A stretch of DNA of 64,000 nt, taken from assembly GCA_017557885.1 (NCBI GenBank), contig JAFYXV010000003.1, positions 70,902 to 134,901 on the forward strand. Direction: 5' to 3'. The position numbers and the translations under genes are program-made. Shown piece by piece: positions 29,257 to 38,605 of this stretch. Numbering within the stretch: position 1 is the first letter of the stretch; each line of letters opens with the position of its first letter. The stretch comes from a bacterium. Its GTDB lineage: Bacteria; Auribacterota; UBA3054. The notes beneath the pieces are model-generated. The model made no database searches. It was not told the DNA's origin and saw nothing but the letters and a program-made list of their open reading frames with translations.

Positions 29257-30453
29257 ATGAAGGGAATATTCTATCTATTATTATTCGCGGCGGTGCTTGG
29301 TGGTGGCTGGTACGCCTACAAATACTGGCAGGAAACCCAGTCTGCTTCAAACGTTGAAACTACTCCAGTAGCGCCCGTCATTCGCCGCGACATCAGCGAT
29401 GTTCTGGAAGAGACGGGGACAATCAATCCCGTCAACAAAGTCGCCATCAAATCTGAAGTAAGCGGCCGCGTGCAAAAGGTGTATGTCGAGGACGGCATGT
29501 CGGTGACATCCGGCTTCATCCTTGTTGAGCTTGACAAAACCGATCTTTTGAATACAAGGAAGGACCTCCAGTACGAACTGCAGGAAGCCGAGCTCAATTA
29601 TTCCCGCGCCAAGATCGACCACGACCGCAATTACGAGCTTTATAAAAAGAAAATCATCGCTGTGGACGCCTACGACCAGGTGAAAGTCACGCTTGATTTG
29701 AGGTCGAATACGGTCATGAAGATAATTTCAAAGCTGAACAGCAACAGCGACGATATCAGGAAGACGACGATCTTTTCCCCTGCGAACGGCATCGTCTTAA
29801 ACAAAAACATCGAGGAAGGCGAAATGGTGGTTGGCGCCAACAGCGTCTCATCCGGCACGGAAATGATGACGGTCGCCGACCTCAATTTCCTGGAAGTCAG
29901 CTCTTACGTCAACGAGATCGACGTGACCAGGCTCCACGTCGGGCAAAAGATCGACATCACCGTCGACTCTACGCCGGGCGTGGAATATTCCGGAACGGTC
30001 ACGCACGTGGCGCCCATGAGCTCCAGTTCCTCAACGAGCGGAGGCTCCTCAAGCTCCAGCTCCTCTAAGGACGGCTTTGAAGTCAGAGTGGCCGTGAAAG
30101 GGGACGTCAGCCAGCTGAAGATGGGCATGACCGCCAACATCACCGCGACTCTTAAGGAAGTGAAGAACGCCCTGGCCGTACCTCTGGCCGCCGTCTTCTG
30201 CGACGACTATGAGGTCGCGCCCAGCGCCCAGAAATACTACGTTTTCGTCCAGAAAAACGCCGCTCCGACCAGAGAGGAGAACGAGAAGATAGTCCAGGAA
30301 TTCGAAAGGCGCGAAGTGACGGTCGGCGTCACCGACACCACGGGCGCCGAGATCACTGGCGGTCTTGAGGAAAACGAACTGGTGGCAGTTAAACGCCCCG
30401 CTAACATGTCAGAACCGACGCGCGTCCACGACAGGATGCGCGGCCCGCGTTAA
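29257..30453 (+). CDS. Efflux pump periplasmic adaptor (HlyD/MacA membrane-fusion family) with internal poly-Ser tract
   Basis: It has an N-terminal TM, a coiled-coil and lipoyl/beta-barrel MFP motifs. A low-complexity SSSSSTSGGSSSSSSS insert lies at nt ~30016-30072. Confidence 0.8.
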   Translation: MKGIFYLLLFAAVLGGGWYAYKYWQETQSASNVETTPVAPVIRRDISDVLEETGTINPVNKVAIKSEVSGRVQKVYVEDGMSVTSGFILVELDKTDLLNTRKDLQYELQEAELNYSRAKIDHDRNYELYKKKIIAVDAYDQVKVTLDLRSNTVMKIISKLNSNSDDIRKTTIFSPANGIVLNKNIEEGEMVVGANSVSSGTEMMTVADLNFLEVSSYVNEIDVTRLHVGQKIDITVDSTPGVEYSGTVTHVAPMSSSSSTSGGSSSSSSSKDGFEVRVAVKGDVSQLKMGMTANITATLKEVKNALAVPLAAVFCDDYEVAPSAQKYYVFVQKNAAPTREENEKIVQEFERREVTVGVTDTTGAEITGGLEENELVAVKRPANMSEPTRVHDRMRGPR

Positions 30454-30462
30454 TTTTTTTTA

Positions 30463-31041
30463 GTGATAATCATGAAAAAGATCCTGCTTTCCCTAATTGC
30501 CTTAATAGCCCTGATGGGCTGCAGCTACGGCAACGTCAGAATAACGAAATCCGAGCGCTACACTTTCCAGCCCAGGCCTCGTTTTCGCATCAATTACAAC
30601 GTCATCAACGACAAAGGCGAGAACATAACCCAAGAAGTCATCAACAACAATTCCGACGAATGGCTCATTTTCACGGAGATCTGCGACAAGGTCAAATACG
30701 TCATGGAAAGCTCTGAGAAAGGGTACATAGCGGTCAGCGACCCCTACGAGGAAGTAAGTTTCATCATCGACATCGGCTTCAGCGCTTTTTATCAAAAACG
30801 CGTGACGGAAGAAATGCTTTGGAATCTGCCCACGGCCACGCTGCTTCCCGGCTGCGACAAAGGCGAGACGAGAGTGCATTACCTTTCCATCACCATGCTG
30901 GCGCCGCTGCCAGGCTTGGAAGGATTGGCGGAGCTTTGGCGCGGAGAAACGGTCCTGGAGGACGAGAACGAAGACATAACCGTGGCTTCCATGACCATGA
31001 TCGAAGACATTCTTAAGAAATTCCCCAAGGCGCTGCGTTAA
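30463..31041 (+). CDS. Hypothetical lipoprotein embedded in MacAB-type efflux operon
   Basis: It has a lipobox (ALMGCSYG). It is 9 nt from the adaptor stop and abuts the ATPase start. Confidence 0.6.
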   Translation: MIIMKKILLSLIALIALMGCSYGNVRITKSERYTFQPRPRFRINYNVINDKGENITQEVINNNSDEWLIFTEICDKVKYVMESSEKGYIAVSDPYEEVSFIIDIGFSAFYQKRVTEEMLWNLPTATLLPGCDKGETRVHYLSITMLAPLPGLEGLAELWRGETVLEDENEDITVASMTMIEDILKKFPKALR

Positions 31042-31725
31042 ATGGCTAGACCGGTCGTAGAGCTCATAGACATTTGCAAGACCTACGATACCGGAGCAAC
31101 CGCTTTCGAGGCCCTGCACAAGGTCAACCTTACGATAGATGAGGGGGAGTTCCTCGCGATCATCGGCCCTTCCGGCTCCGGCAAATCGACGCTGATGCAC
31201 ATTTTAGGCTGTCTCGACAAGCCGACTTCCGGCATCATGAAGCTGGAGGGAAGGGACATTTCCAAATTAGGCTCAAACGATCTGGCGGCCATCCGCAACA
31301 AAAGGATCGGCTTCGTCTTCCAGACCTTCAATCTTCTTCCGCGTTTCAACGTTCTTCAGAACGTCGAACTGCCCATGGTTTACGGCAACGTTTCGCCTTT
31401 CAACAGGAGAAAGCGCGCCATGGAAATACTTGAGACCGTCGGGCTGGGCGACCGCTGGCACCATTTGCCGCAGGAACTTTCCGGCGGGCAGAGACAGAGG
31501 GCGGCCGTCGCCAGGGCGCTTGTCATGAACCCCGCCATGGTCTTCGCCGACGAGCCGACCGGAAACCTTGACACCAAGACCGGCGCACAGATCATGCAGC
31601 TCTTCAAGGATCTCAACGACAAAGGGCACACCATCATCCTGGTCACGCACGACCGCGACGTGGCCTCCCAGACCAAGCGCCAGATCGAGATCCGCGACGG
31701 AAGAGTCAAAGAGGTTAAAGGATGA
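31042..31725 (+). CDS. ABC transporter ATP-binding protein (MacB/LolD family)
   Basis: It has Walker A (GPSGSGKST), a signature (LSGGQRQR) and Walker B (VFADEPTGNLD). Confidence 0.88.
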   Translation: MARPVVELIDICKTYDTGATAFEALHKVNLTIDEGEFLAIIGPSGSGKSTLMHILGCLDKPTSGIMKLEGRDISKLGSNDLAAIRNKRIGFVFQTFNLLPRFNVLQNVELPMVYGNVSPFNRRKRAMEILETVGLGDRWHHLPQELSGGQRQRAAVARALVMNPAMVFADEPTGNLDTKTGAQIMQLFKDLNDKGHTIILVTHDRDVASQTKRQIEIRDGRVKEVKG

Positions 31726-32957
31726 GTCTTCTGCACGGCATAATGGTTGGCTGCAAGGAAATGTGGGCGCACAAGATGCGCTCCTTTCTCACCATGCTGG
31801 GCGTTATTTTGGGCGTCGCGGCCCTGGGCGCCATGTTTGCCTTCATGGAAGGCATGATCGCCGACATGCAGAAGTTCATCAGGGAAACCGGAGGCGTGGA
31901 GCGCGTGACCTGTTCCAGCGACCAGATCCCGGAAGACCAACTGGCCTTTTCCTCCCTGAACCGTCAGCGCCGCATGAAAGACATCGCGGCCCTTAAAAGC
32001 AACATTCCAGACATTGACGAATATTCGCCGGAAGTGAGCTTAGGCAGAGATTATCCAGTCCAGCATCTCAACAAGACCGTGAGAGTCGAAGTGAGGGGCG
32101 TGACTATGGGAGAGCTGGCGCTCAGAAATTATGAAGTCGAGAAAGGGCGTTTCATCTGCGACCTCGACCGCGTCAAACGCCAGAGAGTGTGCGTTTTGGG
32201 CACCTACGCCTCCGACGAGCTCTTCGGCTCCTACGGAGACCCCTTGGGCCGCACCGTCAGGATAGGCGGCAAAAATTTCAAAGTCATAGGCGTTCTGAAG
32301 CATTACCAGGCCGGCAACGGAGGCTTCAACTTCATGTCCTGGAAGAACCGCATAGTCTTCATTCCCCTGGAGACCACCTGGATGGTCTTCACCCACAACA
32401 AGGACATCACCGCCCTTGACATCCAGGTCAAGGACACCGCGAAAGTGGCAGCCATTTCGCAATTGGCCCAGCAGGTGCTTTTCCACACTCACCGCCACAT
32501 CAGCTGCCTGCAGATGAGGACCAACGAGGAGATGGTCGAGAACTTCTCAAGCCGAACCGCCGCCTTCAATATTACCCTTGGCATCGTCGCAAGCATTTCC
32601 ATGCTTGTCGGCGGAATCGGCATCATGAACATCATGCTGGCGTCTATCAACGAGCGCATACGTGAGATCGGCATCAGGAAAGCCATCGGCGCCCGCAATA
32701 TCGACATCCTTTCCCAGGTCATCGTGGAGGCCGTCCTTCTTTCCATCCTGGGAGGGGTATTGGGGGTTGGCGTCAGCCTTCTGCTTACAAAATTCATTAC
32801 TTTCTTCGTGAAAGAAAACCTCTCGACTCCCATCGTCAAACCGGAACAGCTGCTCTTCGCTTTCTCTGTTTCCGTCGTGGTGGGCATTATTTTCGGCATC
32901 TTCCCGGCTTTCAAAGCCTCCCAGCTCGATCCTATCGAGGCTCTGCGGCACGAATAA
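31722..32957 (+). CDS. ABC transporter permease (MacB/FtsX family)
   Basis: It has a MacB_PCD periplasmic domain between TM1 and TM2 and a C-terminal FtsX 3-TM bundle. Confidence 0.85.
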   Translation: MSLLHGIMVGCKEMWAHKMRSFLTMLGVILGVAALGAMFAFMEGMIADMQKFIRETGGVERVTCSSDQIPEDQLAFSSLNRQRRMKDIAALKSNIPDIDEYSPEVSLGRDYPVQHLNKTVRVEVRGVTMGELALRNYEVEKGRFICDLDRVKRQRVCVLGTYASDELFGSYGDPLGRTVRIGGKNFKVIGVLKHYQAGNGGFNFMSWKNRIVFIPLETTWMVFTHNKDITALDIQVKDTAKVAAISQLAQQVLFHTHRHISCLQMRTNEEMVENFSSRTAAFNITLGIVASISMLVGGIGIMNIMLASINERIREIGIRKAIGARNIDILSQVIVEAVLLSILGGVLGVGVSLLLTKFITFFVKENLSTPIVKPEQLLFAFSVSVVVGIIFGIFPAFKASQLDPIEALRHE

Positions 32958-33017
32958 GCAAACTATCTCGCCCCTTTCGCCTTAGGGCTGGAACTTGCCG
33001 CCAATTTCCTTTTGCCG

Positions 33018-33046
33018 TTGCATGCCCATGCCAGTTTTGGTATAAT
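33018..33046 (+). promoter_or_regulatory. Near-consensus sigma70 promoter (TTGCAT-17-TGgTATAAT) upstream of the TolC-like gene
   Basis: The -35 element TTGCAT lies at 33018-33023 with a 17-nt spacer. The extended -10 TGGTATAAT lies at 33038-33046. Confidence 0.5.
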
Positions 33047-33118
33047 TCTCTTTAATAGTTTTAGAATAATGTGTGTGTTCATTTTCGCCCCGGCGAAATA
33101 ACCTTTCATCAAAATAGT

Positions 33119-35284
33119 ATGGGAAATAAATCATACCTGCAGATCTTTTTCTGCCTTTTGGCCATTTCCTGCCTGACCGCCCTGGCGGCCGAGGAAGAGA
33201 ACGCTTCAACCACCGACCTGGAGAGATCCGAAGCCGCCATGTTCAGCGAACTTGACGAACTGACGGAAAAAGTTTTCTCCGACATTGATCAGAAGGAGAC
33301 ACCCGGGAGCGCTGAAACTTCCGGCGTAGTGATCCAAATGCAGGATGCCCAGGCCCCTTCGGGCCAGGAAGTCGTCGTGCCCCAAAAACCAGCCTCCCCT
33401 GAGAAAAGCGAAGAGGGGGAAATGGAGATCATACCCGCCGAGGACGAAAACCACCTGAAAGAGAAGATAAAGGAAGTCAAAGCCAATCCATTGGAACAGA
33501 CCAACGACGCTCTTGGCGAAAACAGCTCCCAGCCAGAGCGCATGGACATAGTCCTGAAGACTTCCTCCAGCGACAAAATGGAAAAAGAGCTTCCTGCGGG
33601 AGCCCGCTTCTGGGAAGCCGCTACCCCCAGCGTAAACTCCCTGGGCAAAGACGTTGACAAGCATCTCGTGGAGTACGATTCCGACGACGGCTATGTGCAC
33701 ACAAACATTTATCTTAGCCTGAGAGACTGTATCTCCATGGGCTTGGAGAAGAACCTCGGCCTGACCATCGAGCGTTACAATCCCGAATACGCCAGGGAAG
33801 GCATCCGCATCGCCAAAGGCGCCTTCGACCCCTTCCTGGCCATGAGCATCAAATGGGAGGGCGCCAAGCAGCCCAGGCCCTACGTCAAAGTTCAGAGCTA
33901 CAAGAAGAAATTCGCGGTGGGAAGAGATCCCCAGACCGGCCAGCCCATTTACAGGACCTTTAACATTCCCTACAACACCAAGCTTCATATCGGCAATTCC
34001 GAAACGGAAGGGGAGACCTACAAAATGGGCGTTCAGGGCAAGTTCGCCACCGGTCTGCAATACACTTTGGGAGCCGGTTTCACCAGGTCCTGGACGGACC
34101 AGAAGAACAATATGTGGGGCAATCCTCTTTACAGCGCCGCCACCACCATCACCCTTGACATGCCGCTTTTGAGAGGCTTCGGCGTGGACGTCAACATGGC
34201 TCCCGTCAGAGTCGCCAGGAACAACTGGAGGATCGCCAAGGAATCCCTGGACGACTATATGCAGTCTTTCATCACCCAGATAGTGGCGGATTACTGGACC
34301 CTCTACTATTGGCGCGAGCAGACCGGCGCCGAGGAATACACCCTCGACCTGGCCAAGAACCTTCTTTATGTCACCGCCAACAAAAGGGCGGTGGGCCTGG
34401 TGGCCAGCAACGAAGTGATCCAGGCGGAAGCCAGGATCGCCAGCCAGGAGCAGAGACTTCTGTCCTCCCGCAACTCCATCAGGGACAGCGAGGACAATCT
34501 CCGTTACATCATCAACTTTGAGATGAACGATCTCTACCGTCCGAAAGCCCTGAGGCCTTATCAGTATCACCTGGTCCCCCTGGAAAAGCCCCAGGTCACG
34601 GATGTCCATCTGGATGAGGCGGACCTTATCGAGACCGCTCTTATTAAGCGCAAAACTCTGGAAGTCGCCAAGCTGCAGCTGAAGAACGCCAAGGAAAATC
34701 TGAAGGTCGCCAAGAGCAATCTCATGCCGAAACTGGACGTGGTGACCAGCGCCGGATTCACCGGCGTCGGCAACACCCACGACAGGGCCTTTACCGACGA
34801 AGCCAGCGGCCGCCACCTCAACTGGAGCGTGGGCTTCGACTTCGTGACGCCGATCTTCTTCTGGAGCTACGTGGGCGACTACCGCCAGGCCAAATATGCC
34901 AAGGAACAGGCCAACCTGTCCGTGGAGAACGTCCAGCAGTCCATCGTCATAGAAGTCAGGACCGCCATCAGAGCCGTCCAGACCAACAGGAAGCGCATCT
35001 CCGCCGCCAGGGAAGCCACCAGGCTTGCTTACGAACAGCTCTACTACGAGCAGGAAAAATACAAAGCCGGATTGGTCACCACCTACGAAGTTCTGGAACT
35101 CCAGAGCGATCTGGCCCAGGCTTTGTCCGACGAAATAAAAGCGCTGGTGGATTGGCGCATCTCCATGAGCAACCTCTCCCGCGCCGTCGGATTAGCCCTC
35201 GACTTCAACGACGTCGTCATCGAAGACTACTACAAGCTTCCCAAGAACGAGGAAGCCTACTTCACCCGTTTCTTATTCCAGTAA
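33119..35284 (+). CDS. TolC-family outer-membrane efflux protein with ~190-aa acidic N-terminal extension
   Basis: A signal peptide (MGNKSYLQIFFCLLAISCLTALAA) starts at the internal ATG at 33119. The ORF-track start at 33071 precedes the signal peptide. An acidic low-complexity region is followed by two TolC repeats. Confidence 0.8.
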   Translation: MGNKSYLQIFFCLLAISCLTALAAEEENASTTDLERSEAAMFSELDELTEKVFSDIDQKETPGSAETSGVVIQMQDAQAPSGQEVVVPQKPASPEKSEEGEMEIIPAEDENHLKEKIKEVKANPLEQTNDALGENSSQPERMDIVLKTSSSDKMEKELPAGARFWEAATPSVNSLGKDVDKHLVEYDSDDGYVHTNIYLSLRDCISMGLEKNLGLTIERYNPEYAREGIRIAKGAFDPFLAMSIKWEGAKQPRPYVKVQSYKKKFAVGRDPQTGQPIYRTFNIPYNTKLHIGNSETEGETYKMGVQGKFATGLQYTLGAGFTRSWTDQKNNMWGNPLYSAATTITLDMPLLRGFGVDVNMAPVRVARNNWRIAKESLDDYMQSFITQIVADYWTLYYWREQTGAEEYTLDLAKNLLYVTANKRAVGLVASNEVIQAEARIASQEQRLLSSRNSIRDSEDNLRYIINFEMNDLYRPKALRPYQYHLVPLEKPQVTDVHLDEADLIETALIKRKTLEVAKLQLKNAKENLKVAKSNLMPKLDVVTSAGFTGVGNTHDRAFTDEASGRHLNWSVGFDFVTPIFFWSYVGDYRQAKYAKEQANLSVENVQQSIVIEVRTAIRAVQTNRKRISAAREATRLAYEQLYYEQEKYKAGLVTTYEVLELQSDLAQALSDEIKALVDWRISMSNLSRAVGLALDFNDVVIEDYYKLPKNEEAYFTRFLFQ

Positions 35285-35299
35285 GATTTAAGGAGTTTT

Positions 35300-37027
35300 A
35301 TGCGCTGGTCTAAGGCCCTGCTGCCCACCATGAAGGACAGCCCCAAGGACGCGGAGGTCATCAGTCATATCCTGATGGCCAGAGCCGGTCTCATCAGAAA
35401 AGTCGGTTCCGGTCTTTACGAATATCTGCCCGCCGGACAGAATGTGCTTTTGAAACTTGAAAAGATCATCAGGGAAGAGCTTGCCAAAGTTGACATGCAG
35501 GAGATCCTGATGCCTATTTTGGCGCCCAGCGAACTCTGGGAAGAGTCCGGCCGACGTTTCGCCTACGGCAAGGAAATGATGGTCGTAAGAGACCGCCATG
35601 ATCACGACTACATCCTCTGCCCGACCCACGAGGAGACCGTGACAGATCTGGCCAGAAGGGAAATAAGAAGCTACAAGCAGCTGCCCTTCGCAGTCTATCA
35701 CATCCAGCTGAAGTTCAGGGACGAAGTGAGGCCTAGGTTCGGCGTTATGAGAAGCCGCGAATTCATCATGAAGGACGGCTATTCCTTCCACACCAGTCAG
35801 GAAGACCTTGAGAGATATTACGCCATCGTCTGCGAAGCTTACAAGAAGATCTTTAAAAGAGCCGGCCTCGACACCAGAGTCGTCATCGGGCATTCCGGCG
35901 CCATCGGCGGCAAAGTCGCGCACGAACTGATGGTCCTGGCCAAGACAGGCGAATCGCTCATCCTTTCCTGCCCGGACGAAAATTGCGGCTACACCGCCAC
36001 CGACGAAACGGCGGACGGCAAGATCCTCGACCTGCCTCAGGAACCCAACGACAAAGCGATCGAGAAAGTCGCCACTCCGCACGCCAACACCATTGAAAAA
36101 CTGGCGGAATTCCTGAAACTGAAGCAGAGTCAGACCATCAAGGCCACCCTCTTCGACTGCGACGGCCAGCTAGTCATCGTCTTCATAAGAGGGGACAGGG
36201 AAGTCAACGAAGCGAAGCTCTCCAGAATAGTCGGCTGCGCGCCGGCCCTGGCGGGGGACAAGCTATTGGAAAATTTCAAAGGCAAAGTCGCCCCGGGCTT
36301 CTGCGGCCCCATCGATCTCAACAAAGTGGAAGGGCTGAAAGTTTATTTCGACCTGACCGTCAAGAATCTGATTGGAGCCGCCACCGGCGCCAACGAAGAA
36401 GGCTACCATTTTGTCAACGTCACGCCAGCCAGGGATCTCCCCTGGGCGGAATACCAGGATCTGGCCGTCATGATAGAAGGCGACCTCTGTCCCCGCTGCG
36501 GGAAACCGATGACGGAATGCCGCGGCATCGAAGTCGGCAACATCTTCCAGCTCGGAACGAAATACAGCTCCGCCATGGGCGCCACGTACAGCGACGAGAA
36601 CAACAATGAAAAGCCCTTCATCATGGGCTGCTACGGCCTGGGCGTAGGCCGCACCGTCGCCGCGGCGGTGGAAAGCTGCCACGATGAATTCGGCATCAGG
36701 TGGCCCAAGGCCATCGCGCCTTACGACATGGTCGTGCAGATCCTGGATCTCGGGGACGAAGCCGTGGTCAAGAAAGCCGAGGAGCTCTACGAGGCCCTGA
36801 AGGAGAAAGGCTATTCCGTCATCTTAGACGACCGCGACCAGAAGCCCGGCTTCAAGTTCAAAGACAGCGACCTCATCGGCTTCCCGGTCCGAATAACCAT
36901 CGGATCCAAGAATCTCGCTAACGGCATGGTGGAAGTTAAGCGCCGCTGCGACGAAGGCAAGGGGACGCTCATTCCTGCCGAAAACGCTTTAACCGAAATT
37001 GAAAAGATCTATTCGACCTGCCCCTGA
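35300..37027 (+). CDS. proS: Proline--tRNA ligase (bacterial type with editing domain)
   Basis: It has class II aaRS motifs and the ProRS N-terminus (MRWSKALLPTMKDSPKDAEVISHILM). Confidence 0.92.
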   Translation: MRWSKALLPTMKDSPKDAEVISHILMARAGLIRKVGSGLYEYLPAGQNVLLKLEKIIREELAKVDMQEILMPILAPSELWEESGRRFAYGKEMMVVRDRHDHDYILCPTHEETVTDLARREIRSYKQLPFAVYHIQLKFRDEVRPRFGVMRSREFIMKDGYSFHTSQEDLERYYAIVCEAYKKIFKRAGLDTRVVIGHSGAIGGKVAHELMVLAKTGESLILSCPDENCGYTATDETADGKILDLPQEPNDKAIEKVATPHANTIEKLAEFLKLKQSQTIKATLFDCDGQLVIVFIRGDREVNEAKLSRIVGCAPALAGDKLLENFKGKVAPGFCGPIDLNKVEGLKVYFDLTVKNLIGAATGANEEGYHFVNVTPARDLPWAEYQDLAVMIEGDLCPRCGKPMTECRGIEVGNIFQLGTKYSSAMGATYSDENNNEKPFIMGCYGLGVGRTVAAAVESCHDEFGIRWPKAIAPYDMVVQILDLGDEAVVKKAEELYEALKEKGYSVILDDRDQKPGFKFKDSDLIGFPVRITIGSKNLANGMVEVKRRCDEGKGTLIPAENALTEIEKIYSTCP

Positions 37028-37028
37028 T

Positions 37029-38231
37029 ATGGCTAAAAAGAATGAAAAGCAAGGCGTCCTGTACCCAATGGGCTTCATGGCCGCCAGCATCAACTGCGGA
37101 ATAAAGGAAAGCAAAAACGACCTGACGCTGCTCGTCTGTCCGACCGGTGCGACGGTCGCCGGAACTTTTACCAAAAACCTCTGCTGCGCCGCGCCCGTCG
37201 AACTCTGCAAAGAGCATCTTAAAGGCGGAGTTTGCCGCGCGATCATCGTGAATTCCGGCAACGCCAACGCCGCGACAGGGGAGAGAGGCTACGAGGACGC
37301 GCTGGCCACAGCCTGCAAACTCTCTGAAACGCTGGGCTGCCCGGTGAACGAAGTCTTTGTTTCTTCTACCGGCTGCATCGGCAAATTCCTTCCTCTTGAC
37401 AAGATCCTGAGCGGCATTCCCAAGATCGTTCTCAGTTTGGAAGATTCCGCCGCCGCGGAAGAAGCCGCGGCGCAGGGCATCCTGACTACCGACCTGGTGA
37501 AAAAGCAATCCAAGAGGGAAGTCACGCTCTCCAAAGGCAAAGTCAGGATCGGCGGAATGTGCAAAGGCTCCGGCATGATCGCGCCGAATATGGCTACCAT
37601 GCTGGCTTATGTCACCACCGACGCCGCTGTTTCCCAGGAGGTATTGCAGGAGCTCTTCTCCAAAGCGGTGAAGGCCAGTTTCAATCACGTCAGCGTGGAC
37701 GGCGACACCTCCACCAACGATTCCGCATTCCTGCTTGCCTCCGGCATTAGCAACGTCCCCGTCAAAACTAAAAAAGACCAGGCTCTTTTCTACAAAGCTC
37801 TGGAGGAAGTCTGCATTGAGCTTGCCAAAGACATAGCCAGAGACGGCGAGGGCGCCACGAAATTCGTGGAGGTCACCGTGGAGGGAGCCAAGAGCGATGC
37901 GGACGCCGAAGTGATCGCCAAGACCATCGCCAATTCGCCTCTGGTGAAGACTAGTATCTGCGGCGGCGATCCCAACTGGGGAAGGATCCTGGCGGCGGCG
38001 GGCAGAGCCGGCATCCCTTACGACCAGTACGGCGTTGATCTCTACATGGGTAACCTTATCGCTGCCAAAGGCGGCATGAACGCCGGAACGCCCAGGGAAA
38101 AGCTTGCGAAAGTTTATCGTCAGAAAGAAGTGAAGGTGAGGCTTGTGATAGGGAAGGGCAAAGGCTCATTTACTGCCTGGACCTGCGACATGACCCACGG
38201 CTACATAGACATCAACGTCGATTACACCTAA
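37029..38231 (+). CDS. argJ: Bifunctional ornithine acetyltransferase / N-acetylglutamate synthase
   Basis: It shows ArgJ family sequence including the self-cleavage region (ATMLAY, threonine nucleophile). I chose the ATG at 37029 to avoid overlap with proS. Confidence 0.88.
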   Translation: MAKKNEKQGVLYPMGFMAASINCGIKESKNDLTLLVCPTGATVAGTFTKNLCCAAPVELCKEHLKGGVCRAIIVNSGNANAATGERGYEDALATACKLSETLGCPVNEVFVSSTGCIGKFLPLDKILSGIPKIVLSLEDSAAAEEAAAQGILTTDLVKKQSKREVTLSKGKVRIGGMCKGSGMIAPNMATMLAYVTTDAAVSQEVLQELFSKAVKASFNHVSVDGDTSTNDSAFLLASGISNVPVKTKKDQALFYKALEEVCIELAKDIARDGEGATKFVEVTVEGAKSDADAEVIAKTIANSPLVKTSICGGDPNWGRILAAAGRAGIPYDQYGVDLYMGNLIAAKGGMNAGTPREKLAKVYRQKEVKVRLVIGKGKGSFTAWTCDMTHGYIDINVDYT

Positions 38232-38308
38232 GCCGCGGCTCCTTTAACTGCCGGTTGACTTTCAAACGCTCTTTCAATATAATCTTCTCATGTTTTGAAA
38301 ATCGCAGA

Positions 38309-38384
38309 GCCGAAATAGCTCAGTCGGTAGAGCGGCGGTTTTGTAAACCGCAGGTCATCGGTTCAAGTCCGATTTTCGGCTCCA
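38309..38384 (+). tRNA. tRNA-Thr (anticodon TGT)
   Basis: I folded the cloverleaf by hand. The anticodon loop is TTTGTAA, the T-loop is TTCAAGT and the 3' end is CCA. Confidence 0.8.
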
Positions 38385-38410
38385 GTTCTTTATAGCAGAC
38401 AAATATTTCG

Positions 38411-38494
38411 GAGGGGTACCGAAGTGGTCAAACGGGGCAGACTGTAAATCTGTTGGCACTGCCTTCGATGGTTCGATCCCATCCCCCTCCACCA
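38411..38494 (+). tRNA. tRNA-Tyr (anticodon GTA), long variable arm
   Basis: The anticodon loop is CTGTAAA. It has a type II extra arm, a TTCGATC T-loop region and a 3' CCA. Confidence 0.8.
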
Positions 38495-38605
38495 TTAATA
38501 TTTCGTGGGAATTTACGACAATTGCTCCACGTTAAACATAGCTAAAGGTCACAACGAGCCCGTTGCTTTTAGCAAGGGCTCTTTTTTTATAATCGGCAAC
38601 AAGCA

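Noticed and set aside
30001-30072. Poly-Ser tract as a possible frameshift-prone pseudogene signature in the adaptor
   Set aside because: The reading frame is maintained across the tract and downstream MFP motifs are intact. It was kept only as a low-complexity insert.
36999-37028. Upstream ATG for argJ overlapping proS
   Set aside because: The ATG at 37029 lies directly after the proS stop and gives a canonical N-terminus. The longer form adds only a basic leader.
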